A DNA stretch of 61,863 nucleotides, filler included, from Stramenopiles sp. TOSAG23-2 (lineage: Eukaryota): NCBI GenBank assembly GCA_900128395.1. It is 24 parts of 24 records of this genome, joined end to end, with 100 filler letters (N's around TTAATTAATTAA, not from the genome) between each part and the next. Parts side by side here need not be neighbours in the genome. Positions count along the whole stretch, not along the records: positions 10,371 to 12,860 come from LT651696.1; positions 12,961 to 15,450 come from LT651697.1; positions 15,551 to 18,039 come from LT651698.1; positions 18,140 to 20,624 come from LT651699.1; positions 20,725 to 23,209 come from LT651700.1; 19 more parts are not named here. The stretch is one strand, 5' to 3'. A model generated the notes under the pieces. The model made no database searches, had not been told where the DNA came from, and was given only the letters and a program-made list of their open reading frames with translations. Position 1 is the first letter of the stretch, and every line of letters begins with the position of its first letter. The position numbers and the translations under genes were made by a program. Positions 11,014 through 21,283 of this stretch are shown piece after piece.

Positions 11014-12003
11014 TCAATAGCCGACCGTGATTCTTTCATTGACCCCGTCATCTTTAGAAAGAATATCCAGCATTGCGACGGCAAAATCTTCAGCACTAAT
11101 ATTAGACCCAGCTTCCGTTTTGATTAAATCGTCTTTTCCAGTGCGATATTTTCCAGTTTTTTTTCCTGGCGCAACAGACTGTGGTAGGGTCAATACTTTC
11201 CAACTCATGCTGTCCTCAAGACTTAACAAGTACTCCAATGCCTCCACGTGTTGCATTGCATCATTCTTGTCGGATTCGGAAAATCCTGGCAAGTCCACCA
11301 CCTTTTGACCGGGTGCTACCTCTGCACTGCCAGCACCACCGACAAACAAAGCCCGTGTCGACGTACTTTTGCAGGCAGCCATGATCGTACGGTAAGTTTC
11401 GATAAGCCGTGGAGCAGTTTTTTGAGCTTCAATATTTTCAAGCGCGACTATTATAACATCCATATTCTCAAGCACTTTCGCCAACGCGTTGGAATCGTTT
11501 GCATCGACTTCCACGTCATCACTAACTATGTGTCCCCTCAGTTTCGCTTCACGGACAATTCGCGACCCGACCATACCGCTGCCGCCGAGAACATATATTT
11601 TGCGAATACCAATAGTCGGAAAAGCTTTTGGCCATCCTCCTACCTCCCTTATGACACGGCCAAGCATCATGCGGTATCGGGGAAAGACACCGGTACAATA
11701 ATCGTTGAAGGTATACAGCTTGGCAACTTCGATGCCATGCTTTTCGGCAAAGAATTCAACCATCTCGTCGACGTCTTCAAGCTGTAGGATTCTCCCAGTT
11801 AATTCTAGTGCTGGAAAGCTCGCTTTTCCATCACATTTGTCACGAACATACTTTCTCGTTTCTGGAGTATCAGGGGATATCTGAACTTTACCGGTTAAAC
11901 TGGAATCGTTCAAGAAGATCATTATTTTTAACGCATATGGGCACCCAGGAGAGACAAACAAACGTGGACGTTCGTCTGTACCAGCTTCTGCAAGAGTTGT
12001 CAT
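11014..12003 (-). CDS. Fusion of a GST-N/glutaredoxin-like domain and an NAD(P)H-binding atypical SDR (YwnB/biliverdin reductase B-like)
   Basis: N-half has PRLFVSPGCPYALK..KASFPALE. C-half has IYVLGGSGMVGSRIV.EA..RGH, FVGGAGS, TGKYRTGKD.L and ISAEDFAVAMLD..RITVGY. Intronless and visibly more GC-rich than host genes. Confidence 0.85.
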   Translation of the reverse strand: MTTLAEAGTDERPRLFVSPGCPYALKIMIFLNDSSLTGKVQISPDTPETRKYVRDKCDGKASFPALELTGRILQLEDVDEMVEFFAEKHGIEVAKLYTFNDYCTGVFPRYRMMLGRVIREVGGWPKAFPTIGIRKIYVLGGSGMVGSRIVREAKLRGHIVSDDVEVDANDSNALAKVLENMDVIIVALENIEAQKTAPRLIETYRTIMAACKSTSTRALFVGGAGSAEVAPGQKVVDLPGFSESDKNDAMQHVEALEYLLSLEDSMSWKVLTLPQSVAPGKKTGKYRTGKDDLIKTEAGSNISAEDFAVAMLDILSKDDGVNERITVGY

Positions 12004-12257
12004 CTTGTAGTGTGAGATTTTTTAATTTGGTATGCTTTTTGGTTGATCAATAGATTAATGGAACAGGAATACAGTTTTTGTGTCAACTTGATACCATGTT
12101 TTGTAAGCGTATTAATTATATCTGTACATATCGTAATAAGATATACGAAACGTACAAAGCACCAAAACTGAAAAAATAAAAGCAAGCCCGTAGTTTAATA
12201 GTAGTAAGTAATACCGCCACATCATCATTGGACGAGGAGGAGGATGGCGGTGGAGCG

Positions 12258-12603
12258 TTGTCCTTCGCCATAGGCACTACTTTTGCCTCAAGGAGGAGGA
12301 CGGCAGGCACCGATAGGCACAACTACATGGACACAGCATTAAAATGTATAAAAAATTATGCTTAATCTACTGTTTTTAGTATACTTTTTACATATTACCC
12401 TATTTAATTTAAATATCTCTCATGAAATCGCAAAGCCAACACAATCCAAATATTATTTTGCAACAACGAGATTTTTAACTATTTACTATTGAAAAATCAG
12501 ATATAGTTATAATTAGGGTCTCCAATTTGTCAAGGAGGAGGACGGCGCCACTATTTGTGCCTATTTTGGTGCCTAGGCATTTTGTGCCTATGGCGAAGGA
12601 CTA
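12258..12603. mobile_element. Non-autonomous hAT-type MITE (346 bp)
   Basis: 20-bp TIRs TTGTCCTTCGCCATAGGCAC and GTGCCTATGGCGAAGGACTA (1 mismatch). Perfect 8-bp TSD GTGGAGCG at 12250-12257 and 12604-12611. Subterminal AGGCAC/GTGCCT repeats and an AT-rich core. Confidence 0.88.
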
Positions 12604-12960
12604 GTGGAGCGGAGGGGATCATGCTGACTCTACTGCGTAAAAAAACCTTATATGTCGTTTTTCGTTTATAGTCCTATTCCTATGTTATTATTATTATAGT
12701 GCTATTTACCTGCTATTATAAAATAACGATACGCATAATTGAAATAATTTTTGTTGTTTGATGTTTTTTTAAAAAAATCGTATGGGCCGTATCGCTTCGA
12801 GTACCCTCTCGAAACATCTCGGGCCATTTCGCCTATGAAAGTTAAGTCTAACTTTCTGTANNNNNNNNNNNNNNNNNNNNNNNNNNNNNNNNNNNNNNNN
12901 NNNNTTAATTAATTAANNNNNNNNNNNNNNNNNNNNNNNNNNNNNNNNNNNNNNNNNNNN

Positions 12961-14668
12961 GATTACCATCACTCGATCTTTTCTTACTACTAAATAAATT
13001 CTTCATACCACCACCATTTTTATTTGCCATTGTATTTTTTAATGGGTTTGAATTACTTATTGTGTTTCCTCGATTATGCATCTGTGTATCGATATTGTTA
13101 ATGTCTTGATCATTTTCTTCTATATCAATTTTTTCTTGTTTATTATTTTGTTTTTTTCCGGATCTGCCGCCGTATCTTTCTTTACCTTTATTACCCCCTT
13201 TCATTTTTATACTAAAAATCGATTTATATTTTTCAAATCGAATGCCATTATAAAATCTTTTGTATTCTTCAAATGTGTTTTTACATGTAAATAATATGTT
13301 ACACAATCTGATATTATGATGAGAACATGGTTCTATGTCATTGTCATGGTTTTCTAAATCACATTGGGATGCTTTATTAGCGCTACCCAATGGTAATGTA
13401 TCCTTTCCCAAATTTGCAGTATTGCACTTGAACTGTGCTACAATATCTTCTAACTTGGCAGTGAAAGTTTTGGTTTTTTTTTTAATATCATATTTATATT
13501 TGTAATTATATCTAAGATGAAATTTAAAATCATTCTTGTTTTTTTCAAACTTAAGCTCTGTTTTCCGCACGAAAATTTCATGTGCTGTACCCCTTAAGCA
13601 TCGAAAGAGATTCTTCACATTCCCAACCGCCACCCTATTGTTTTCACTCTGATCGCATGCCTTACAATAGCAAGTACACCATTTATCTATGCCATCCACC
13701 TTTATTCTTTTCACACCACCAAGACACTTATTTAAAGGTTGGTTTTCGTATGGAGTTCCATATTGACATGGTGCATGGTTTATAACAAAAGGATCGATAT
13801 TTGATCTCTCGCATGTTGATTCATATTTTTTTATTTTTTTTGTAACAGCATCTTTCTTCCATGTTTTAACAAAACCTCTATTGCATCTGCGGCATTTTTC
13901 GACCTTATTTTTATTGCACCATTCTTCAGGAATTCCATTCTCGCATACACATTGTCCTTTGATTGGCAATGTACTAATTGAATATGGAAGTCCTAGAGTT
14001 GACCATATAGGTGATGATGATGGTGATGATGATGATTTTTTTGAAACTCTTCCCGTACAACATCGAATATTACTTGCACCAGGACACATACCTATTTTAA
14101 AATCGTCTGAGCAAGTATACTTGTTCACATCTTTACAATTACATTTTTTTGCAGAAGATGATGTTTGTGGTGTTGTTGATGGAATAAAACCATCATGTAT
14201 ACCTTGATTTGGTCTTGTAGGTGGTGATGATGATTTTTTTGAAACTGTTCCCGTACAACATCGAATATTACTTGCACCAGGACACATACCTCTTTTAAAA
14301 CTGTCTGAGCAAGTATACTTGTTCACATCTTTACAATTACATTTTTTTGTAGAAGATGATTTTTTTGAAACTCTTCCCGGTTTCGTACAACATTGTATAT
14401 ACTTATTACCTGGACATCTACCTGTTTTAAAACCGTTTGAGCAACTATATTCTTGTATGTCTTTACATTGCCCAGAACATTTTCTACGACGTGTATCTTG
14501 ACTATCTTCATTAAGTGATAATAAAGATAAGATATCATCTGTATGTTTCAACGTTGTTTTTTCTTCAACCTTTTCATGTTTTAACGCAACTGAGTGGTTA
14601 ACGAAACAAAAAAGTAATACTAGACTTAATGTCATACTTATTTCTATACTCTTCATTGTTCTCGTCAT
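12961..14668 (-). CDS. Secreted cysteine-rich repeat protein (3'-truncated)
   Basis: Signal peptide, an RRRK site, three 6-Cys modules ending G.CPG.....CCT, a CVCENG..C..C..C module and an N/K-rich tail. Confidence 0.85.
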
Positions 14669-15289
14669 ATCAATTTTATATAATATTTTTATATTTAAAA
14701 GTAAAGATAATCTTTTTCTACTTTTTAAAATGCCAAATAAATTGTTATATACTATAAAACAAAAGTTTTGAAATACGTTTGTTTGTTTTTATGAATGTAT
14801 GTTTATTTGTTTGTCTTTATTTATTTACAGTATATAACTTCATATCATGTTTGTTATTGTTTTGTGTATAGTCGTATAGTGTTATAATTAGCTAATGCAA
14901 ATAGCATTGTTACGCCAAAACTATTTTGACGCCCCTCCTTTTTTTAAAAATACGGTGAAGACACTTTCGTGCTTTCCATTTTCAGCTAGAATCCTTTTGC
15001 GCGTCCAATTATACGCTCATGCTAAAAAAATCTTCAAGCGTAGCATCGCACGCGTACACAGGCGGGCAGGCTGCGGGTCTCTTTGTACAGTAACTTTGAC
15101 TCTAGCTAGGTAATATGCTTACTTGGGCGGCGAGAGTTTCGTTTTTAAGGATAGTGCCCGAAATGTTAGGGTTTTGCACTGATAGGAGCTCTAGAGCCTG
15201 CAAGCTGGAAATCTCAGCTCCCAGAGTACAGAGCTGGGAAGACTCTGCGCTTGCTGGCAAGGCTGGCCATATTTAAAATAAATAGCATA

Positions 15290-15435
15290 TACACAGCATT
15301 AATGTCCCGTCCTACTATGTCCATACTAATTAACAGGCACACAGCTAATGTCCCGCTGTGTTCAAACGAAATCCGGGACATAAAAAACGTGTGTACAGTA
15401 AAATTAACATGGACATATCACCATGATGCTGTGTA
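15290..15435. mobile_element. Putative small palindromic MITE (TA-flanked)
   Basis: Nested inverted repeats: TACACAGCAT/ATGCTGTGTA at the ends, TATGTCCAT/ATGGACATA, and ATGTCCCG/CGGGACAT. Confidence 0.45.
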
Positions 15436-15699
15436 CTGCCTAATTCCAAANNNNNNNNNNNNNNNNNNNNNNNNNNNNNNNNNNNNNNNNNNNNTTAATT
15501 AATTAANNNNNNNNNNNNNNNNNNNNNNNNNNNNNNNNNNNNNNNNNNNNGTGTATTTGATAGCTAATATAGTGTTTAAGTATAATAAAAAATTTGTACC
15601 GAAAATCGGTGACTGGCCGGCACAGTAAAAATTATATCGGGTATTTGTAATAATAACAGTATCAAAAAGTAGTATGGAATATATTTATACTTGAATGCT

Positions 15700-16191
15700 A
15701 TAGCTATCTATGCCAATGGGGAATTTTGGAATACCTTAAAATGGTTCCCATGAAGACCAAATGGCAATCTATATATTATACTTGTTTACTCTCTTCACAT
15801 CGTAACAACTTGTGCACTTCTTGTTTCTCCAAACTTTGTATGAACTCATCTTTCGTAACATCTGGGTTATTTTTTGCAATAAACAATCTCCACTAATAAC
15901 ATCAACTATTACTTATTTCACTTATTGGAAAATTGTATTACGAAAAACTGTTACAATATATCTCATAATAAAAAAACAAATGGCAATCTATGCACAATCT
16001 TTCTGTAACCTACCACTAGTAGCAATACGGTAATTATTGTTATGAAAATAAAATAATACATGGATACTGCTATATAAACTTGAATATACTAATAACATGA
16101 CCATCATGAAAATCATCCCAAATAAAACTTTGGTCTTTGATATCGTCATTGCAAAGTTAACAAACAATAACAATAACAAAAACAGTGACAA
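15700..16191 (-). pseudogene. Possible degraded type-II membrane (glycosyltransferase-like) gene
   Basis: A hydrophobic N-terminus is followed, after an in-frame stop, by IAICFF..R, then several more stops. Boundaries are approximate. Confidence 0.25.
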
Positions 16192-16775
16192 TTCGTTTTT
16201 CTTGCTATTGATTCCAAAATGTGTAAAAAATCAATTCAATATATATATATATATATATATATCAATACAGTAATAGTATTAATAATACTTATATCTTTCG
16301 AAATCGTTATATAAAGGGATATATTTGAATGTATAAAATGTGCAAATGCGTGGATCAACATCATTTGAAATCATTCATTCATTCATTCATATATATATAT
16401 GTACATTAATTGCCTCATGTAAGGATTTTAATTTCCACCTTAGCAGGTACACAGGACACATGAAAAGGAAGGATCCCTTAAATAATCCTATAATAAAATC
16501 CGCTCTTCGTGAAAGACATGGCCAATAAATTAAAATGTTGTTGTGCTCAGAGTTACTATACGTAGTAGAGTTAGAGTAGGTTACGAGCTATTATAAAAAA
16601 TCAATAGTGTGTTGTTTTAATTCTTCTTATAATTATATATTTTATCATATTATTGGAAATATAGATGATTGCTAAATCATTCAATTGAATTATTGTATAT
16701 ACATTTGTATATATATATATATATTAACATACGCAATGTATATTGGGATCTGTGCGACAGTTTCGAAACAGGAAT

Positions 16776-17516
16776 ATGGATTTTCCAACAACAACTACGA
16801 CAACTACTACGAATGAAAACAATACTGTGAATAATAAAAATAAACGCAAAAGAGATCATAATGCTGATGAAACTAATAAAATTATGAAAAGAGATACTAC
16901 TATATCCTATGGACCATATAATGGGAAATTGCCAGTATTGTTATATTTAAAGAAATTAAATATATTTGTACCAGGTACTGATGTCTTAGGGATTAAAGAT
17001 GTCCGTCAAACAGCAGATAATAATAATAAACGGATTGTTAAATGGTATTATTGCGACGTAGCTGATGATGGTGAATTAATATACAAGAATGAACGTATTG
17101 GTTATTCACCGAAAGGATTTGTAAAAAAAGTATTTCAAAAAAATGTCTCATCTGGTATAAACGAAGTTTATTATGACAATAAACCATTATCATATTGGTT
17201 ATGGTTTGCCCAATTTATAGATACACCTGAAAACAAATATTATTTACCCGATGAAGAAAAACGCCGTCAATTGCTACGAGAATTACGTATCAAGAATAGT
17301 GAAAAAAAATATTTGGAAATGATTACCAAAAAGAAACTACTTGAAAAATATCAGCAAAAAGAGAAGGAGAAAAAGAAAAGAAAAGAAAAAAAGAAGGAGA
17401 AGAATAGGGAAAAAAAAGAGAAAGAGGAGAGGGAGAAAGCTTTACGAAAGAGCCTACACGAAGAGGAGGAAAGAAAACTTTCTGAGGAAGCTGGGGTGGA
17501 TGTAAGGCTGGTCTAA
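16776..17516 (+). CDS. RAMA-domain protein with a basic NLS and a K/E-rich coiled-coil tail
   Basis: L.YLKKLNIFVPGTDVLGI..CDVADDGELIY..YSPKGFV..SGINEVYYDNKPLSYW fits the MPND-type RAMA pattern (PG..VL.I, D..DG.I, SP..F, G..V.Y..PL). NLS-like KNKRKR. Confidence 0.65.
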   Translation: MDFPTTTTTTTTNENNTVNNKNKRKRDHNADETNKIMKRDTTISYGPYNGKLPVLLYLKKLNIFVPGTDVLGIKDVRQTADNNNKRIVKWYYCDVADDGELIYKNERIGYSPKGFVKKVFQKNVSSGINEVYYDNKPLSYWLWFAQFIDTPENKYYLPDEEKRRQLLRELRIKNSEKKYLEMITKKKLLEKYQQKEKEKKKRKEKKKEKNREKKEKEEREKALRKSLHEEEERKLSEEAGVDVRLV

Positions 17517-17748
17517 TCTGAATCTCTGAAGAAGGGTATGATACGACTTCGTATATTCGTATATTATTAAATATTAAATATAAATTAATATATTAATTTA
17601 AATGCATAACTTATTTTTTAATTTACTCATGATAATTCGTACCAACTCCGAATATTCGTAAAATTACATGTGTCTACGTATATTAATATACTGTACACTG
17701 TACGAAGTCGTACACACTACCACACCCCCCGCGTATTTCTCAAGTTTT

Positions 17749-18039
17749 TTAATTTAAAAATGGATGTTTTAATGCTTGACGAGTAGACATTCTTTTGTTT
17801 GGATCAATTTGTAATAAGTTCTCCATAAAATCAATGAATTTATCATAATTAACCCGTAGACGGTGTTTCAATGACGTTTTTTTTGGATACAAAAGGATAT
17901 ATTCCTCCACTTTTTGTTCGCTATTAGCATTGTTACTGTCGCTTTCATCTTCTCCTGTATCACTTTCAACTTCTACATCGTAGGTAGATTCATATAATCT
18001 ATTCGATGCTGTAAAATATTTGGGTACGTTCACGCCTTC
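17749..18039 (-). CDS. C-terminal end of a DYRK-like CMGC protein kinase (5'-truncated)
   Basis: KYFT..LYE..YPKKTSLKHRL..FIDFMENLLQIDPNKRMSTRQALKHPFL corresponds to kinase subdomains X-XI of the plant/protist DYRKP type. Confidence 0.8.
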   Translation of the reverse strand, partial: EGVNVPKYFTASNRLYESTYDVEVESDTGEDESDSNNANSEQKVEEYILLYPKKTSLKHRLRVNYDKFIDFMENLLQIDPNKRMSTRQALKHPFLN

Positions 18040-18409
18040 NNNNNNNNNNNNNNNNNNNNNNNNNNNNNNNNNNNNNNNNNNNNTTAATTAATTAANNNNN
18101 NNNNNNNNNNNNNNNNNNNNNNNNNNNNNNNNNNNNNNNTGTATCAATTATATCTTCACTTTTAATTGCATATGGATGGGTATATCGCGAAGATCTTCAA
18201 AGAAAATTTTCAAATAAATGTCAAACGAAAAAGGAGCAGGAAAGGTAATTAACATGATTAAATGTGTGGGTGGTGGTCGGTGGAATGACGGATTTTATGT
18301 ATAATATCATATAATATATGAGTAAGAGAACATTTTATATATGTAGAAAGGAGGGGGAGAGAGAGAGTAACACAGAAGTAATTTATTAAATACTCGTATT
18401 ACTTCGTAA

Positions 18410-18838
18410 AAAAATAAAAAAAACGAGCGTACCTATGATTATATACGTTTTGACGGTCACAAGATAGAGACCAACCGTCTGCTAAAAGAGTTTAGGACGT
18501 GCGAGCACTGTTGCAGACTATTGTTGCGCGTTTCGGCGTTAGAAGCGCGGTTGAAGAAGTATGAGAATCCTAGAAATATTATCGATGTGGATGCGGTCCT
18601 AGCTGGATTTTTCGAAAAGAATTACAAGCGGATATCGTGCAGGATGTATAGTAGGCGTGTGCTGTTTCAAGAGGTAAAGCGGTTTCTGGAGGATGAGTTT
18701 GATATCTGCTTGTTGAATGCTTCTGATGTTAGGTGGAGAGGTTTTATAGAGAAAATTTTAAACGAAAAAGCCAAAGGATATAAAAAATTCAGGATAGCTA
18801 AAAGAGATAAATTTTTAAGATTCTACTGGTTGGCTTGA
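18410..18838 (+). CDS. Hypothetical ORF lacking an in-frame upstream ATG (CxxC plus possible winged-helix-like segment)
   Basis: Open frame NERTYDY..TCEHCCRLLLRVSALEARL..DAVLAGFFEKNY..VLFQEVKRFL. Confidence 0.35.
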   Translation, partial: KNKKNERTYDYIRFDGHKIETNRLLKEFRTCEHCCRLLLRVSALEARLKKYENPRNIIDVDAVLAGFFEKNYKRISCRMYSRRVLFQEVKRFLEDEFDICLLNASDVRWRGFIEKILNEKAKGYKKFRIAKRDKFLRFYWLA

Positions 18839-19636
18839 CGTTGGGTAGTAGTTTGTGTATGTATGAGCCGGCTGGGTTTACTAAAAAAAGCTTGTAAAAA
18901 AATATTTACAAACAGGAAAACGACAATGTTTAACACCCCAGATGTTGAACATCCTGGATTAAATACTGGAAACATTAACCTTGAAGTTTGTTCATCTTGG
19001 CAAATGCCTCGGTAACAATATACACCACAAAGATGAAGCATTGGCTCATCTTTCAAAGTATTTCTGTTCATCATTGGAGAACATTTCGATAACGCGGCTT
19101 TATCTTTGACAAACTTATGAGCATCCTTCATTTCGTTGTGTTTATCGCGGATTGCATTTATTTTTTTTATTTCTTCTTTTTTTTTTCGTCTGTCCTCTTT
19201 CAGTTTTTCTTCCTCAATTCTTCTTTTTTCTGCAGCTTTTTCTTTTACTATCCTTCTTTTCTCTTTTGCTTATTCTTTTGCAATTCTTGCTTCTTCTACT
19301 TCTTTATTTTCAATTTTTCTTGTTGCCTCTTCTTTTGCGCTTCTTGTTTTTTTTTTGTCGTTTTTGTATTACTGCATCAGTACTTTCGCCAAATCTTGAA
19401 ATAACAGACAAAGGTCGTTTTTTATCATTATTTCCTTTCTTATGCGTGATTGTCTTTGCAGTCATAATCATAGGATCTTGGGCAGTTGGGCGTCTTGTGT
19501 TGATGAGATTTTGTACCGTTGTGGTAGTTGTAGTAGTTGTGCTGATAATATCTTGCTGATCATCATCTACGTCCATATTATCCGATGACATAACTGAAAC
19601 TTGATCTTCTTCACCTTCAGGTTCTCCAACTGGCAT
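18823..19636 (-). pseudogene. Disrupted K/E-rich coiled-coil gene
   Basis: ORF 19636-19310 continues, after a frameshift in a poly-A run near 19350 and one in-frame TAA, as KEEATRKIENKEVEEARIAKE*AKEKRRIVKEKAAEKRR.., which joins ORF 19131-18823. Confidence 0.55.
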
Positions 19637-20229
19637 TTATCCAACCATTTATTTCTAATATACCTTCAATTATACTTGTCCTTTTTGCCACTGTTGTATC
19701 TTTGCTCAGTCTAAACTCCCCACTGCTTTTTACACCGTCCCATTCTCCAAGCATACCAATATTAATTTTATTACCAATACATTTGTTCAGATTAATAATC
19801 ACAAATATTATTATTATTTTTATCATTATGTGAAATATTGCATATAATATTGGCATTTTATTCTGGGATATTAATAACGGCATTTTTGTTGTTATGTTAA
19901 ATATTTAGTGATGTAAATAAGAATAAAAACGCCTGCTTTTCCTACTTGAATTATTAGATTACTTAAGTGATTTTTTGTTTTGTTTTTGAAGTGGAGGACA
20001 GAAACTTAATTTTCGTACACCTTCTTCCGATATGTATATATTATCGAGACGTGAACGTGTGGTTTTCCTTGTCAGGGTACTGGCAAGGAAAATCTCTGGT
20101 TTCCAGAGTACCACCGGTGGTACGGAGGGCGTAAAAAGACTAAAAGTGACTGTAAAAATGGACCAATCATTATCAGCATGAAATAGCATTAGACGTAGGA
20201 GAAAAAATGCCTGCTATTCCTATATACCT

Positions 20230-20622
20230 ACAAATAGTTTGCGATCAACATGGGCCACCTGGAAAAACACGACGCCCCCTCCCCCCTTCCCCCCCCCGCC
20301 AAAATACCTTGAAATCGTCAAAAAATCGTGAAAATCTTTAAAATATTAAAAAATTGTATTGTTATTTTATTTTAATACTATCAAAACTTGTACTTAATTA
20401 AAAACTGCAATGTTTTAAGATTTTCACGATTTTCTCTCACACTGCAGTTTAAAATTAAGTACAAGTTTTGATAGTATTAAAATAAAATAACAATACAATT
20501 TTTTAATATTTTAAAGATTTTCACGATTTTTTGACGATTTCAAGGTATTTTGGCGGGGGGGGGAGGGGGGGGGGGGGCGTCGTGTTTTTCCAGGTGGCCC
20601 ATGTTGATCGCAAACTATTTGT
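20230..20622. repeat. Long foldback inverted repeat (~180-bp arms, 33-bp spacer)
   Basis: 20230-20409 is the reverse complement of 20443-20622, with a few mismatches (poly-C/G tract; AA vs TT near the spacer). Confidence 0.95.
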
Positions 20623-20724
20623 TTNNNNNNNNNNNNNNNNNNNNNNNNNNNNNNNNNNNNNNNNNNNNTTAATTAATTAANNNNNNNNNNNNNNNNNNNN
20701 NNNNNNNNNNNNNNNNNNNNNNNN

Positions 20725-21283
20725 CGGCTTCATCACCAATTCCAGGATTAAACGAAACATTCATTTCTTTTATAACATGATTGCATAAGATCGCATCTAG
20801 AATATGTACTAAACCAGTCGCTCCACATCGTGAATTAGTCAAATTTATAACGCCAATGGTATTGGATGATAAATTGAGTAACCAATCGGCAAATGCTTTT
20901 GCCCTAGCAAGCCCTATGTGAGTACCATCGACTGTTAGAACATGCGACAAACGACTGGATTGTTTGACTATGACTTTCAATGGAATTGGTGCTACTTTTT
21001 GTGCAACCAACGTGTCATGAAAAGATATTTGTGCCTTTTTCAGCATTTCTGCTGCAGAATTTTTTGTATTCTTTTTTTGAGATGATTGATTTACAGTTTT
21101 TTCAATAATACGATCAAGAAAATTATGTAAATATTTCTTAGTAATAATATCATCCTTCGTTTCATTTTTAGTTGGATTTGTTGTTACTAATTCTTTTACA
21201 AAACCACCAATTACAGTCTTTTTCCTAGCTATTTTGTAATTATCGAAAAATTTATTTCTGCTACTTTCTGTTGTTTGTTGCAT
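20725..21283 (-). CDS. Inverted fragment of an RNI-like LRR gene (probably chimeric)
   Basis: Contains the LRR INLTNSRCGATGLVHILDAI. Its last 55 nt (20725-20779) are an exact inverted copy of 22531-22585. Confidence 0.55.

Noticed and set aside
19262-19280. In-frame TAA suggesting a ciliate-type genetic code
   Set aside because: Conserved genes (EF-G, kinase, SEC14, EML) end at TAA/TAG and have no internal stops. This locus also carries a frameshift.
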